Positions 9,066 through 19,774 of a stretch of DNA of 64,000 bases are shown here, piece after piece. The notes under the pieces were generated by a model. It did not search any database. It was not told where the DNA came from and saw only the letters and a list, made by a program, of their open reading frames with translations. The translations under genes and the position numbers were made by a program. Every line of letters begins with the position of its first letter. The stretch's first letter is position 1. Source of the DNA: Trypanosoma brucei (lineage: Eukaryota); contig CP000070.1 of assembly GCA_000002445.1 (NCBI GenBank), positions 864,001 through 928,000 on the forward strand. The letters run 5' to 3'.

Positions 9066-10847
9066 TCACATCTCGGATGGATGGTGCGTGACGAACACGT
9101 GCAGTGGGTCAAAGTCCTCGAGCAAGGGATTAAACCCACTTCGCGTAGTGAAGATAGATGTTTTATCACCCCCGAATGTTTTCCAAAACTGAGGGTGCGA
9201 CATGCTTGAAACCTCTTTATATGCACCGCATATATTGCGGTACACCGCCTTAAGAAGGTCGAAATCTGTAGGAAAGCAAATGTCGATCATTCCTGCGTTG
9301 CCATGCAGGGAATCCGCAGGACGACGGAGGTAAATGTCCTTGGCAATACGCGTCTTGCTTTGCAGCACCGGTCCATTCACGCCTGGGAGGCCTTGACGCA
9401 CCGACCCCCAATCTACAAGGAAAAGATGATGACGGGGAAAATACGTTGCACAGGTCTCAAGGAAGAGCATCGAGACTGTTGGCAGCCACAAGGTGCGGAA
9501 CGGGCTGTGCATCCACATCATCTTTGTAATAACTACCCGCAGAGGGTCGTACATGTTTGGCTCGATGCTCGTAAAGGGAGGTGGATCGATGTTGTCACGT
9601 CCACCGGTGAGGCACAGTACCTTGAGGCTATGAAACGACTCCTCCTGCATCCAGCGTGCATAGCGCAAGTAGCGAAGTATGACCGGATCCTTCACTGAAA
9701 AATACCTCTCGTGAGCAGTGGAAAGATTGTCATGTTGCTGGAAGTGAAACCATTGCTCATTACATACTCCATCGGCACTCAGCACGACACAATCGTGCGG
9801 CATACCAGAGAGTAACTCCACGCCGAACACGACGCAGCGCCTACGCTCCACTTCCCTCCAGTTCAAAATGGAGATGTTGTGAATTTTGACATGGTGGTAG
9901 TGCATAATAAGACGGTTACGAAGCACCTGCACGAGCTGAGGGTTTATTTCCACCACATGATACTCACACTGTTCGTACACAGAAGGGAAGTGCTCGCTCA
10001 GGTAGTCCAGAACACTAACAGCAAGTGCCCCTGAGCCCGCCCCAATATCGTACACAACCAGCGGGTCCCGAGGATCGAACTTCGCTCTCATCATGGTTAC
10101 CAGGTACTCTGCAATCACCCAACCGTAGTGTGGTTGAAAGAGTTGGGTGGGTGTGACACATGAGGGTGTAGAATCGTGAATCTTCCCCACGTAGCGCTCA
10201 TAGTCCTGCTGGTTGCGCAGGCTACCAAACGGAATGGGGTCAAAGTAGCCGGTGGTCATGAGTTGGCGGTATTTGCGATACAGTTTTGGGTAGTATCCCC
10301 ATTTCTTATGATACAAGGCAAAATGAATGAAGTCTCGCATAATCAACTCCGTTCCAAGTGACTCGTGGTCGGCGACAGCCCCACCTTCAAAAACAAGAAG
10401 GTCCTCGAATAGTTTTTTTTGTCGCGTCACTCGTCGCTCCTCCTCCTCAGCTGCAAGCTCGTGAAGGCGTGATTCTGACACAGCCTCATTACACGATGAC
10501 AATATGTAAGGCATCCCACTACCTACCGATGGAAGCACCGGGGTCGAGCTCATAGCAGCAGCATGGGGCCCCACGACGGCACCTGATGCAGTAGTCATAC
10601 TGCAATCAACAATGTTGCCCTGCGAGACACAAGAAGGGGCGCCATCGCAGCTATTATTACCATCATTTCCCTGATTGCTGTAATGCGGGGGCAGGAGAGC
10701 GGCGCTGCCGTCGCCTGGCGTACTGAAGGGACTGCGGCTTCCGGCAGCACCAGCAGCGGGAAAGGAATACCATCGTCTCCCCGGGGATGATGGGATGGAG
10801 CGGGGCGAAACCCGAAGGGTACGCCCACCGAGTGGGAAGTACCTCAT
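9066..10847 (-). CDS. SAM-dependent methyltransferase of the DUF185/MidA family (NDUFAF7-like). The N-terminal ~110 aa are low-complexity, so the true start may be an internal Met.
   Basis: ELIMRDFIHFALYHKKWGYYP (MidA N-terminal motif), VVYDIGAGSGALAVSVLDYL (glycine-rich SAM-binding loop) and YHVVEINPQLVQVLRNRL. Placement is by recalled family motifs only. Confidence 0.6.
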   Translation of the reverse strand: MRYFPLGGRTLRVSPRSIPSSPGRRWYSFPAAGAAGSRSPFSTPGDGSAALLPPHYSNQGNDGNNSCDGAPSCVSQGNIVDCSMTTASGAVVGPHAAAMSSTPVLPSVGSGMPYILSSCNEAVSESRLHELAAEEEERRVTRQKKLFEDLLVFEGGAVADHESLGTELIMRDFIHFALYHKKWGYYPKLYRKYRQLMTTGYFDPIPFGSLRNQQDYERYVGKIHDSTPSCVTPTQLFQPHYGWVIAEYLVTMMRAKFDPRDPLVVYDIGAGSGALAVSVLDYLSEHFPSVYEQCEYHVVEINPQLVQVLRNRLIMHYHHVKIHNISILNWREVERRRCVVFGVELLSGMPHDCVVLSADGVCNEQWFHFQQHDNLSTAHERYFSVKDPVILRYLRYARWMQEESFHSLKVLCLTGGRDNIDPPPFTSIEPNMYDPLRVVITKMMWMHSPFRTLWLPTVSMLFLETCATYFPRHHLFLVDWGSVRQGLPGVNGPVLQSKTRIAKDIYLRRPADSLHGNAGMIDICFPTDFDLLKAVYRNICGAYKEVSSMSHPQFWKTFGGDKTSIFTTRSGFNPLLEDFDPLHVFVTHHPSEM

Positions 10848-11280
10848 CTGAGTTGAGCGAATCCACAGAAGAAAAAAAATGGAGGAAGCAAATTAAAGAA
10901 ATACGAAAACAAAATAAGAAAGAGCAGGAAAAGTGAAAAAATATTAGAGTCGCGAGCACGCACCTTCATACACAAATATACATGCATGTACAGGGACGTA
11001 AATTGCTCAAAGGGTTCCTCTCTCAAATCGTGCAGCAACACGCAAAAACAGAGTAAAAGGAAAGAAACAAAGACGCAGCGGCACCGCAGCAACACTCGCT
11101 AAATACGGTTTTCAACGCCGAAAAACAGAAAAACAAGAGCAAACATAAAGCATTACGTATGTATATACACGCATGGTCTGCGCGAGAAAATGCACATACC
11201 TTGGTTATGCCGCCTCAATTGGATGGCCCCATACGCATGAACACGAGACCACATAACAACTCGCAGTGGTACACGAATGT

Positions 11281-12468
11281 TCAAGCAATAGGTTCGTTAT
11301 CATGTGTTTCTCTCTCTAACCGCACACCGCCTTTATGGTCACTTGTAGTTTCCCGTATCTCGCATGTCTCCCCCGGCTGGCTTGTGTCTCTACTCGGGTA
11401 GGCACCATCAGTCGCATTGTCCCCAAGGTTGTGGACCCCGATATCGGGAACGGCACCACTACTTCCTGCCGGATTCTTTTTATATCGGCGAAAGTCACGA
11501 CGCTTCTGGATTGCTAAGCACCCGCATGGCCCTTTACTTCTATCCGTGGCGACGAGTGGCTTTGACTGCTTCGATAACTTTTCACGCCTTTTCGCACGTT
11601 TGCTCAGCACGTGTTCGTACGTGGTTCGGCGGGTTAAGCAGAGATTGATATGAAACACTATGAGATTTCCCAATGCGGCCAGTCCAGCAGCGGAGAGCGC
11701 AAGTGTGAGAAAAAGAAAAACCATGTACGTCACGTAGCTACTGACTCCAAAACGCTCCTTGAGGCGGTCACTGAAGTCCTGCTTGTGTATAAATGCATTA
11801 GAGATGACGTAAATGCCAACGCCGAACACAAGGGCGATAGAACACCATGCTGTGCCCATGAAGCAGCAGAACATGACATAATTCCCCTCCCCTACACACG
11901 TGTTCAGCCAACGACAGTGGTGGTCGAAGCCGGGGACACACTTGTCACACACACTGCAGTGTTTGCTGCCCAAAATAACAAAGCGTCTGCAAAAGACGCA
12001 AGGCTCAGTACCAGGCGGGGCGGCTTCCTGCACAAGTTCCTCTTGTGCATAGCGTGGAACGTCCGTGGCAAAGACAATTGGGTCCTCAATCCGACTACAG
12101 GAAAGCGCTAATTTCAGCGCCGCTGTAGTGAATGTTAAGAAGCCAGAAATGGGGGAAATTATGCAAACCAGCAAACTATCGAGCATCGGAACGTGCAGTG
12201 TGAAATGCAGCGTAGCAAGCGTGACAATGACAGACCAAGCTATTACCTGAAGGGCGTCTAAAGGACACTCAAACCCACTGCGCCGCGGCCGTACAGGGCC
12301 CCCATAAATGTCAATCCACTGCCCAACAGGAGGCTCACAGCAACAGCTGCACATTAAAAGATTACAAGGACACACCGAACTGTGAACCTTCCAATTTGTT
12401 GAAGGGAAACAAGAAGCAACAAACCAGCAGTAACAGTAGAAGATGCTACGGCAAATCCGCCCCCACAA
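11281..12468 (-). CDS. DHHC-type zinc-finger palmitoyl acyltransferase. The start codon is uncertain.
   Basis: CSVCDKCVPGFDHHCRWLNTCVGEGNY is a canonical DHHC cysteine-rich domain. It is flanked by predicted transmembrane helices (LQVIAWSVIVTLATLHF, LLVCIISPISGFLTFTTAAL, AWCSIALVFGVGIYVI). Confidence 0.85.
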   Translation of the reverse strand: MWGRICRSIFYCYCWFVASCFPSTNWKVHSSVCPCNLLMCSCCCEPPVGQWIDIYGGPVRPRRSGFECPLDALQVIAWSVIVTLATLHFTLHVPMLDSLLVCIISPISGFLTFTTAALKLALSCSRIEDPIVFATDVPRYAQEELVQEAAPPGTEPCVFCRRFVILGSKHCSVCDKCVPGFDHHCRWLNTCVGEGNYVMFCCFMGTAWCSIALVFGVGIYVISNAFIHKQDFSDRLKERFGVSSYVTYMVFLFLTLALSAAGLAALGNLIVFHINLCLTRRTTYEHVLSKRAKRREKLSKQSKPLVATDRSKGPCGCLAIQKRRDFRRYKKNPAGSSGAVPDIGVHNLGDNATDGAYPSRDTSQPGETCEIRETTSDHKGGVRLERETHDNEPIA

Positions 12469-13006
12469 TAATTTACGTCTACTCCCCTCCGGTCCCGCTC
12501 CCTGCTGTTAAGTGTGCGTGTATGTTTGTGTCGCACTACAGCGTGTCCCCTTTTCCGATCCTGCTACTTTCTTCCACTCGTCCTCAAACAGTTCCTTAGG
12601 GTTTAGGTGTACCTCCCCTCACCTTATCCAACTAAACGTCGGGCAATCCAGAGGGACAGTGCTGAAGCAACGAGCAGATGCGGGGCCGATGCAATGGCAG
12701 CGCCACGTGTATCCCCCACCCTACTGGTCCTTAACCCCACCTCCCCACCGGCCCCTCCGTGTTATCAAAGAACTTTACTTCTTGCCGTTGTTTTTCCTCT
12801 TATTTCGCTCTCTGAGCAACTACTTTTTTTTTGCGCTTTCCGCTTTCCTCACTCTATTCCTCTCCCCCACCCCTTTCCCCAATGGAGCTTTTGATGCGTA
12901 CTTATGCGGGTGAAGAACCCACCGTATATGCGCACACACACAAACTGATGACACCGTGATGAGGAGCTGATGGTCAAAAATTGGCGATGAAGTCCCAACA
13001 GTAACA

Positions 13007-13032
13007 ATATATATATATATATATATATATAT
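13007..13032. repeat. (AT)13 intergenic microsatellite.
   Basis: Seen directly in the sequence. Confidence 0.95.
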
Positions 13033-14018
13033 GTGGCAATGGAAACAATTAAAGACTGTTACCACACGATCAGTGCCCAGACCAAACGCCCTAGACACTG
13101 TCTTCACTCACCTGTGGAGTGTAAAACCAAGAGGCCTAAGGAAAGAAACAGCGACAGTAGAAACAAAAACAGAAGGGGGCGATGAAAGTAATGACAGACA
13201 TTTGTACAAGTTATTCCCCAACATTAAGGGCACATCGCTGCAAATAGGAGTGAACAATTTTGCGGAAACAGAACATGAAGAAACGGACAAACAATGTTAA
13301 ACAAGGGGGAAAGCAACAACCACCAGGAAGTTAGAAAAAAAATTCAGAAAAGATGAAGACAGAGGCTTCCCAAGACGCCATCAACGAATGGCAGACACTT
13401 CTCTCCCATGTAAATTACAAACATGAGTAGAACGTCGCACGGTTACAGTTGGGTGAGAATTGCGTGCGAACAAGGATGGGTGGTAACGGGAGGGAAGTTA
13501 GCGATGACGAATTGCACTCCACACAAAAATAAGCGGGAAAGAGAAAATTAAAACGCCGACAACCAAAGGCTAAGTGGTAGCTCACACTTACGAATGACCC
13601 CTTTGGGCCCCCCGGGCCAAGCATAACCCATCGAGACGGCAAGAACCATATAATGAAAAAAAAAGAAAACGTAACCGAAGAAAAAAGTCGATAACCCTAC
13701 TTCACACGCAGGAAATTCCAACTCGGTAAAGAGCACAGACACACACAAGCACCGGCCACCACTCCATTGTACCGCACGAAACCTTTGTGCCTTCACCGCA
13801 CCGAGCCACCCGCACACAACACAATTTGTTCATTCACCCCGTCACTCTCTAATGCTTACACATAGGCGGTTGAGTCCCCTCTCCACACCTGCTGCCAACA
13901 ATGTGCCTCCTACCCTGCACTTTGACAATCGATAGATTTTCCCCCACTTACACTCCCCCCTTCACCTGTGTTTGCATCAACTGCAGGATACGCATTACTA
14001 CCATCGAGTCGCTGTCCA

Positions 14019-15122
14019 TCACTTCTGGCGCTTGTAAGTCTTTCCCCACAGAGTTTCTACGCTGGCAGCAAATCCTGGTGAGCAAAGCCTCAGTTTCTCA
14101 ATAAGCTCCTTCACCTGCTCTGCCACCGCAGCCTCGTAGGCTACATAATCCTCCTGCAGATCCGCTTCCTCATAGAGCCGCCTCACTGTGGCCACCTTCT
14201 CCGAGTCTCCACTGCCGTAGTTTGCTTTGAACTCAGCAATCTGCGCACTGCTCGCTTTTGCGAGAAATGTTACGGCCAACCAAGAACACTTTGCATCCTG
14301 AATGTCAGTTCCAACTTTTCCTAGCCGCTCGGGTGGTGTAAAACAATCCATGACGTCGTCCTGCACCTGAAAGTATTCGCCCATAAGCATGGCCAACTCT
14401 TCCGTAACGCCCATGTCAACGGTGGGAAGAGCCTCACTAACAATAAGCCCCATAACTAGTGGTAGAAGGTAAGTGTAATAAGCTGTCTTGTACTTCACAA
14501 TCCGCTTGTAATTGGAAAGGGTGAACTCCGCGAAATCTGTCGTAGTGGGCTGCGATACGTCGGGATCGAGTTTGTTTGAGTCAAACATTGACGTCACATC
14601 GTATAACTGCCCGACAGCTGTGGTGTAATCCACTCTGTTGAAACGACAGAGCAAATCCTGCAAAAAAGGACGGTCTGCAAAGAAGTGCATCGCCATCATG
14701 TGAGTCCACGACTTCAATAGCAGACCGTCATTTATAGCACACTGCACCGTGACGCCTGGGTGACGGTACCAGCATGGCTTACCACGCCGCGTGACGCTGT
14801 TGTCCATAATGTCATCTTCCACCAAGTAATGGGCCTGAAGGAACTCAATCATCCAACCACAAACACACGCATCGTGTAGAACACGTTTCCGCCTTGCCCC
14901 ATCGTCTTTTTCACCGTTGTTGTTTGGGCTTAGGGAAAGAAGGGACTCGGCCACATCGATCACCGTCAGGCCACGGTTGTATTTGCCGCCCAAGCATGTG
15001 GTGTCCATCATTTTCCGGAGGTATCTGACTCGATTCGGATCCATGTCGAACTTAAGTTTCAGTTCTTCGAGCAGAAACATCTGAATCTCATCATATACCT
15101 GCATAAACATTTGCATTACCAT
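14019..15122 (-). CDS. FPPS: Farnesyl pyrophosphate synthase (farnesyl diphosphate synthase).
   Basis: First aspartate-rich motif LVEDDIMDNSVTRRGKPCWY, second motif QVQDDVMD, and the GKVGTDIQDAKCSW box. The 367-aa length and N-terminus MxMQMFMQVYDEIQMFLLEEL match my memory of Trypanosoma brucei FPPS. Confidence 0.95.
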   Translation of the reverse strand: MVMQMFMQVYDEIQMFLLEELKLKFDMDPNRVRYLRKMMDTTCLGGKYNRGLTVIDVAESLLSLSPNNNGEKDDGARRKRVLHDACVCGWMIEFLQAHYLVEDDIMDNSVTRRGKPCWYRHPGVTVQCAINDGLLLKSWTHMMAMHFFADRPFLQDLLCRFNRVDYTTAVGQLYDVTSMFDSNKLDPDVSQPTTTDFAEFTLSNYKRIVKYKTAYYTYLLPLVMGLIVSEALPTVDMGVTEELAMLMGEYFQVQDDVMDCFTPPERLGKVGTDIQDAKCSWLAVTFLAKASSAQIAEFKANYGSGDSEKVATVRRLYEEADLQEDYVAYEAAVAEQVKELIEKLRLCSPGFAASVETLWGKTYKRQK

Positions 15123-15959
15123 TATACTTTCGCTGTGTGCGGTGATACCGCCTCTTGCTACTGTAGTTAAGTTTTTTTTCCTTCTGAAACAGAAGAGATA
15201 AATATTTTACAACAAGGAAAACTGTGCACTCAACACCACATCGAGAACACAAACATGTCTGGGGATAACCGCAACGCCTTTCTATCCCCGACTAAAAGAA
15301 GGAAAGCGTTAGGCACGTCAATATGCGGAGAGGGGGCACATGTCGACAAAGCAAGCGGTAAAATAATTCTTTAGCTGATAAGTAGAGAGTTTCTTATCTG
15401 TAAGCAATATGTTGCACTTCCGGCAAAACTCAAACAGATGCATATACATGGTTATACAGTCACAAGCAAAGACGTATATATACGTGTATGTCTGAGCAAT
15501 GAAACAGGTATCAAACTCAAGCACGCAATCGTAACCGCGCATGGACCGCAGAGTTTATCGGCGCGCCTAATACCACCTCCTCACCCCTTCATTCGTACAG
15601 GTAACAGCCACTTACATGCAGCACACATGGATCGGAGAAAAACAGTGCCGCGAGGGTGGCCATTGAAATGCGTCACACTGCACCGATTGGTACCTCAAAA
15701 GACAATGGCACGTCAGACAGCAACGCCTTGTGGGTTGACACACAAAAATGCTTACCCCTATCACTAGTACCCACACGCACGCAGCCCCAAACATACTCCA
15801 TTCTACGTTTCTCTATAAGTACGGCGTGTCCTCCTACTCCCAATGAACACTCATATTTTGAATGCGGAGCACCGTTTAGCCGAAACATTTGCCCTCTCTT
15901 GCCTTTCCTTTCCCAAACTCATATATTTGTTTCCTCATCTCGTCACTTTCCCTGTAGAG

Positions 15960-17750
15960 TCAGCGGTCACCAACCATCAGGACCGCACCTCCGCCCACGG
16001 AGGTGCCACGCGCCTGCTCTGTTTCTTTTAGAAGTATATTAATCTCATCCACAAGACGCAAGCACTCTGTCTTCAATCCAACGAAGTAGCTCTCCCTCCC
16101 CTTCAAACGAACAAATTCTTCGAGTGTGAAAGAGGACTGACGCAGTTGCCGCAGGCGTCCCTCAAGTGTGGACATGGACCGGTACGAAGTGTCTTCATTC
16201 AACTGCTTGCGCAAAGTGTCGACTGTTCCACTAAGCACATTTAGTTGCTGCTTGCTTGAGTCACGCAGCTTTATCAAGAATGTTCTTTCATTGAGAAGTT
16301 CCGTGCGGCGGGCGTCCACGTTGCGGCGCAATCCGTCCATGTCACCGTATTTGATCATCTCTTGTGACTGCTCTTCCATCTTAAGAGCGTGTGCCTGCAG
16401 CTCCGCCTTGATCTTTGTGTCCAAGTTCTCCACCTTCTCAAGTTCAACCTTGCGGTCCATCAACTCCCTCTCAAGTCGCTGGTGTGTCATTGTGTCGTGC
16501 TCAATCTGGTTTCGCTTTGCGTCTACCTCACTTTCTAGCGCTTGAAGGGCGTTTGGTGACCCTTCTTGTGGCATTTGCTTCTTGAGTTCTAAAGCTTGAG
16601 AGATTCGCTCAAGCAGTGTCGCGATGTTCCTCTGCACCTCGGTAATTTTGTCCATCTCCTCCTTCAACTTAGCAGGAAACGAGTCCATGAAGCTTTGCAG
16701 TTCGCGGTCCTTTTCCTGTAGCTCCTGGAATGCCTTAATGTTATCCCCACTGTAACTCTTCAACTCTTCATCCAGGGAGGCGCAGCGGTTCTTTGATTCG
16801 CTAAGAGCATCGCGCGTCTCATTCACCTGACGTTCAAGGACCTCAATGTCCCCACGGGCCGTCTTCACCTGTTTGATCAAAAGTTGTCGCTCCTCCTCCA
16901 CAGAAAGCGCACACTGTTTGGTTAACTCCTCCTTCAACTGACGCTTAGATAAAATACCACGAAGCACCTCAGCCGCTCGCTTCTTGTCGGGATCCGTCGA
17001 AAGCTTCGTCATCAGTAACTCCTGCTTCGCCGTTAGCATGCGTATTTGGTGCTGGTGGGAAAGAACAGCGTCTGACACATTGAACGCTTCGTCACGCGTT
17101 GCCTTGTATAAGCCGAAGTCCTGATTCTCCGCAAGAATACGACGGTCCAAGTTTTGCATTTCTTCTTCCAATGTTTGGGTATTCTTTTTCGTCAGCGCCT
17201 CCATTTCTTTGGCATTGAGAAAGAGCTGATCCACTTGTTTACGCTTTTCCCCATTCACCTGGTTTAGCTTTGTTGCTTGGTCCTTCACGCTGCTGGGGTC
17301 TTGTGTCGTGCTCTTCTCCAAAGCTAAATTAATATCAGCGAGAGTCCCCTTCAACTTTGCCGCCTCATCCGTCAGGGCCTTGTTCCGCTGCTGCAGTTGC
17401 GTGAGAACAGAGCCTCCTTTGACGATTAGTTCCTCTTGTTCGTTGAGACGCTCAATCTCCGTTGTTAGCTCCGTGATTTTCGGTCGCAGTAAGCCAATAT
17501 AGTAACTGCGATCACCCACCTGGCGGCCTGGTCCTGCGTTACCGGACCGTGTGGCTGCACGCATCCCCTCTAGTGTCACCGGGGCCTGTGCACTCACCGA
17601 AACGGCTTGTTGCAAGCTCTCACCCATACCGGCAACGCGGGCACCCCGCATTTGCGATCCAGGCCTCATCTGCGATCCGGGGCGCATCTGCGATCCCGGC
17701 CTCAACCCACTCGTCTGGTTGAAATTAGTCCGACCAAATCCCCCCTGCAT
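15960..17750 (-). CDS. IFT74: Intraflagellar transport protein 74/72-like coiled-coil protein.
   Basis: A basic, Gly/Pro-rich N-terminus with three RPGSQM repeats. It is followed by DRSYYIGLLRPKITELTTEIERL, which fits the conserved IFT74 entry into the coiled coil. The remaining ~500 aa are continuous coiled coil. The length of about 600 aa is typical. The identity rests on recalled motifs. Confidence 0.6.
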   Translation of the reverse strand: MQGGFGRTNFNQTSGLRPGSQMRPGSQMRPGSQMRGARVAGMGESLQQAVSVSAQAPVTLEGMRAATRSGNAGPGRQVGDRSYYIGLLRPKITELTTEIERLNEQEELIVKGGSVLTQLQQRNKALTDEAAKLKGTLADINLALEKSTTQDPSSVKDQATKLNQVNGEKRKQVDQLFLNAKEMEALTKKNTQTLEEEMQNLDRRILAENQDFGLYKATRDEAFNVSDAVLSHQHQIRMLTAKQELLMTKLSTDPDKKRAAEVLRGILSKRQLKEELTKQCALSVEEERQLLIKQVKTARGDIEVLERQVNETRDALSESKNRCASLDEELKSYSGDNIKAFQELQEKDRELQSFMDSFPAKLKEEMDKITEVQRNIATLLERISQALELKKQMPQEGSPNALQALESEVDAKRNQIEHDTMTHQRLERELMDRKVELEKVENLDTKIKAELQAHALKMEEQSQEMIKYGDMDGLRRNVDARRTELLNERTFLIKLRDSSKQQLNVLSGTVDTLRKQLNEDTSYRSMSTLEGRLRQLRQSSFTLEEFVRLKGRESYFVGLKTECLRLVDEINILLKETEQARGTSVGGGAVLMVGDR

Positions 17751-17989
17751 CTTTGGGAAGTATTGTATTCCGGTGCAGCAAAAGTGACTCCGGTACTCAA
17801 GCTCTTCCGTTCCTATTCAAATTGTATTCTCTTCGTCTAGGCGATGTCCAGCTCCGCTTTCCCCTCCTTTTACCAGCGATACTAAACTGTTATTCGCTTT
17901 TTATTCCCTGAAATCCCTGGCGGATCCTTCACGTGTTGTATCGTGCCCACAGCGCAAAAGAGTCGAATGAAATGACAAGAGGACTTGTG

Positions 17990-18001
17990 AAAAAAAAAAA
18001 A
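17990..18001 (-). promoter_or_regulatory. T12 polypyrimidine tract (sense strand) about 240 nt upstream of the IFT74-like start. A candidate trans-splicing polyY signal.
   Basis: An A12 run on the plus strand, inside a purine-rich intergenic stretch. Confidence 0.3.
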
Positions 18002-18630
18002 GAATGCGCCAAGCTGCTTAACCAATAGTGAAGCGGCTGCCAGTCACTCCCTTTGTCTCCCAAGCCACTAAAGCACCACGGGTTTGTGAAATAAGGGGGA
18101 CACGACATGATGTATATATGTATATATACGTACACATGAAAATTATTAGTGACCACTGAAAATGTTGCTATCTCACCCAGCAGTATTTACCATCAGGGTA
18201 TCTCCTCACTCGTATCAGTAAGGATTAGAAAAAAAAAAATGGCACACAACATGCTTACTCGGTAGAGGAAGGAAGGTAGAATTACGGATAGAGGGCAGAA
18301 ATAATAGTCAACAAACCTTCAGGCATCAAAGTCGCGGCCCACAATTACTGCTTCTGATTTCTCTTTTTTAAAACGTTGCCGCTGATTGTGTGAGTGTGTG
18401 TTACCTTTATTCGCGCGCTTCAGAGCGCTACCCCACTTTAAAATAACACACAACAGAGGACGCACGGCGGCCAGGAAACTATGCCTTACCTGTCTGTCGA
18501 CGCATTTTCCGCTCCCGCAAGTACAAGAGAAATACACAACAGCGGAACTGTCGAAATCACCACTTAGTACTGCTCCCACTTCACTTTCTTTTGGAGGCTC
18601 TGCTCTCTGTGCAAACTTCGGACTTATCAC

Positions 18631-19461
18631 TCACCAATCCAAATCAGCCGTGCGGACCCGCTTAGAAACGGGCTCTTGCTCCACCTCTTCCTCAATTACA
18701 AGCCGCTGCCGCCGTGTTCCACGACCACTACGGTGCACCACCGAAGAATCACCCCTTTTGCCTATTTTTCTATTGCTTTCCTCCATTTCTTCTTCCTCAT
18801 CCAACTCATCGTCCATCACAAACTCGGGGAACTCCTCATCCTCCTCATCTTCTAACGCTTCGAACTCAGTGCGGTCCTCCTCACGATCGAGTACCCGCTC
18901 AAATGCCTCAAGACTGCAATTGATCACGCTGTCATATGTCCCACTTCGCAACCGCTCCAACAGCTCCTTCTCCACTTCCAGTTCCAACCGTGCCGCAGCT
19001 TCTGCCTTTGCCTCGCGACGGATCAACTTATCCTCCTGGCGCTTGTTTACGGAAACGTACTCCACCTTTGGCTCTAACAACATCTTTCGGCGCCGCATCA
19101 AATACTGCTTAAGTCGCAGCAGCCGGGCCTTGACCTTGTTCACAAGCTTTTGGTCCCACCACTGTAGCTCTTCATCAATCTGAGCAAGCGCACGTGGAAA
19201 ATTAGCGTCAAGTCGGACTTTCTCCCATTGCCGCCGAGGCAGGTGCGCACGCTCCGCTGTCTTGACATAAAGGTAAAGCTCATCGTCATGTTCGACCACT
19301 GTGGCGTATTGTGCGTTTGAAAGGGGGCATACACCACGTTGGCAGAGACCTGTCACGTTGTACGGGTTGCGGCAGAAACGAGCCTTATCGTCGTGCGTCT
19401 TAACTTTAAATGAACAGAAAGTTTGCCCCATAACGTTCCACATCGCATCATCATGGTTCAT
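18631..19461 (-). CDS. MAK16: MAK16 (ribosomal L28e/Mak16 family) nucleolar 60S-biogenesis protein.
   Basis: MNHDDAMWNVMGQTFCSFKVKTHDDKARFCRNPYNVTGLCQRGVCPLSNAQYATV...LYLYVKTAERAHLPRRQWEKVRL matches the Mak16 N-terminal domain. The C-terminus is acidic. The ORF track extends 22 codons upstream to 19527 (MLASTRPL...), which I treat as a spurious extension. Confidence 0.8.
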   Translation of the reverse strand: MNHDDAMWNVMGQTFCSFKVKTHDDKARFCRNPYNVTGLCQRGVCPLSNAQYATVVEHDDELYLYVKTAERAHLPRRQWEKVRLDANFPRALAQIDEELQWWDQKLVNKVKARLLRLKQYLMRRRKMLLEPKVEYVSVNKRQEDKLIRREAKAEAAARLELEVEKELLERLRSGTYDSVINCSLEAFERVLDREEDRTEFEALEDEEDEEFPEFVMDDELDEEEEMEESNRKIGKRGDSSVVHRSGRGTRRQRLVIEEEVEQEPVSKRVRTADLDW

Positions 19462-19774
19462 CGCTCCAGTGTACTGAACACACGCGTCGCTAGTGTGTGA
19501 AAAAAGCGGCCGTGTACTGGCAAGCAATGGGTGTATGCACGCTGTCCTACGTAGAACCTCTAAACGTAACCTTCGCGGAAGAGAGCCCTCAGATCAGCAA
19601 GGAGATGAGAATGGGCGGTTGTTTTCCTAACAAGATAAAGTGATGAAAAAGGGTGATAACAGTTGTCAACTATATGCTCAGACTGATGAAGCTAGAAAAA
19701 AAATTGATAGTAAAACCTGTCAAGGCACTTTCCTAGCCTCTAGATGGGGATAAGTCATTTGAATGATTCCCTTA

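Noticed and set aside
18386-19183. Plus-strand 265-aa Ser-rich ORF
   Set aside because: It is antisense to the MAK16 gene (its acidic tail reads as poly-Ser/Leu on the opposite strand). It shows no independent coding signal.
19462-19527. Upstream Met extension of MAK16 (MLASTRPLFSHTSDACVQYTGA)
   Set aside because: Mak16 proteins start at the conserved MxxDDxxW...FCSFK block. The extension is not conserved-looking and is probably 5'UTR.
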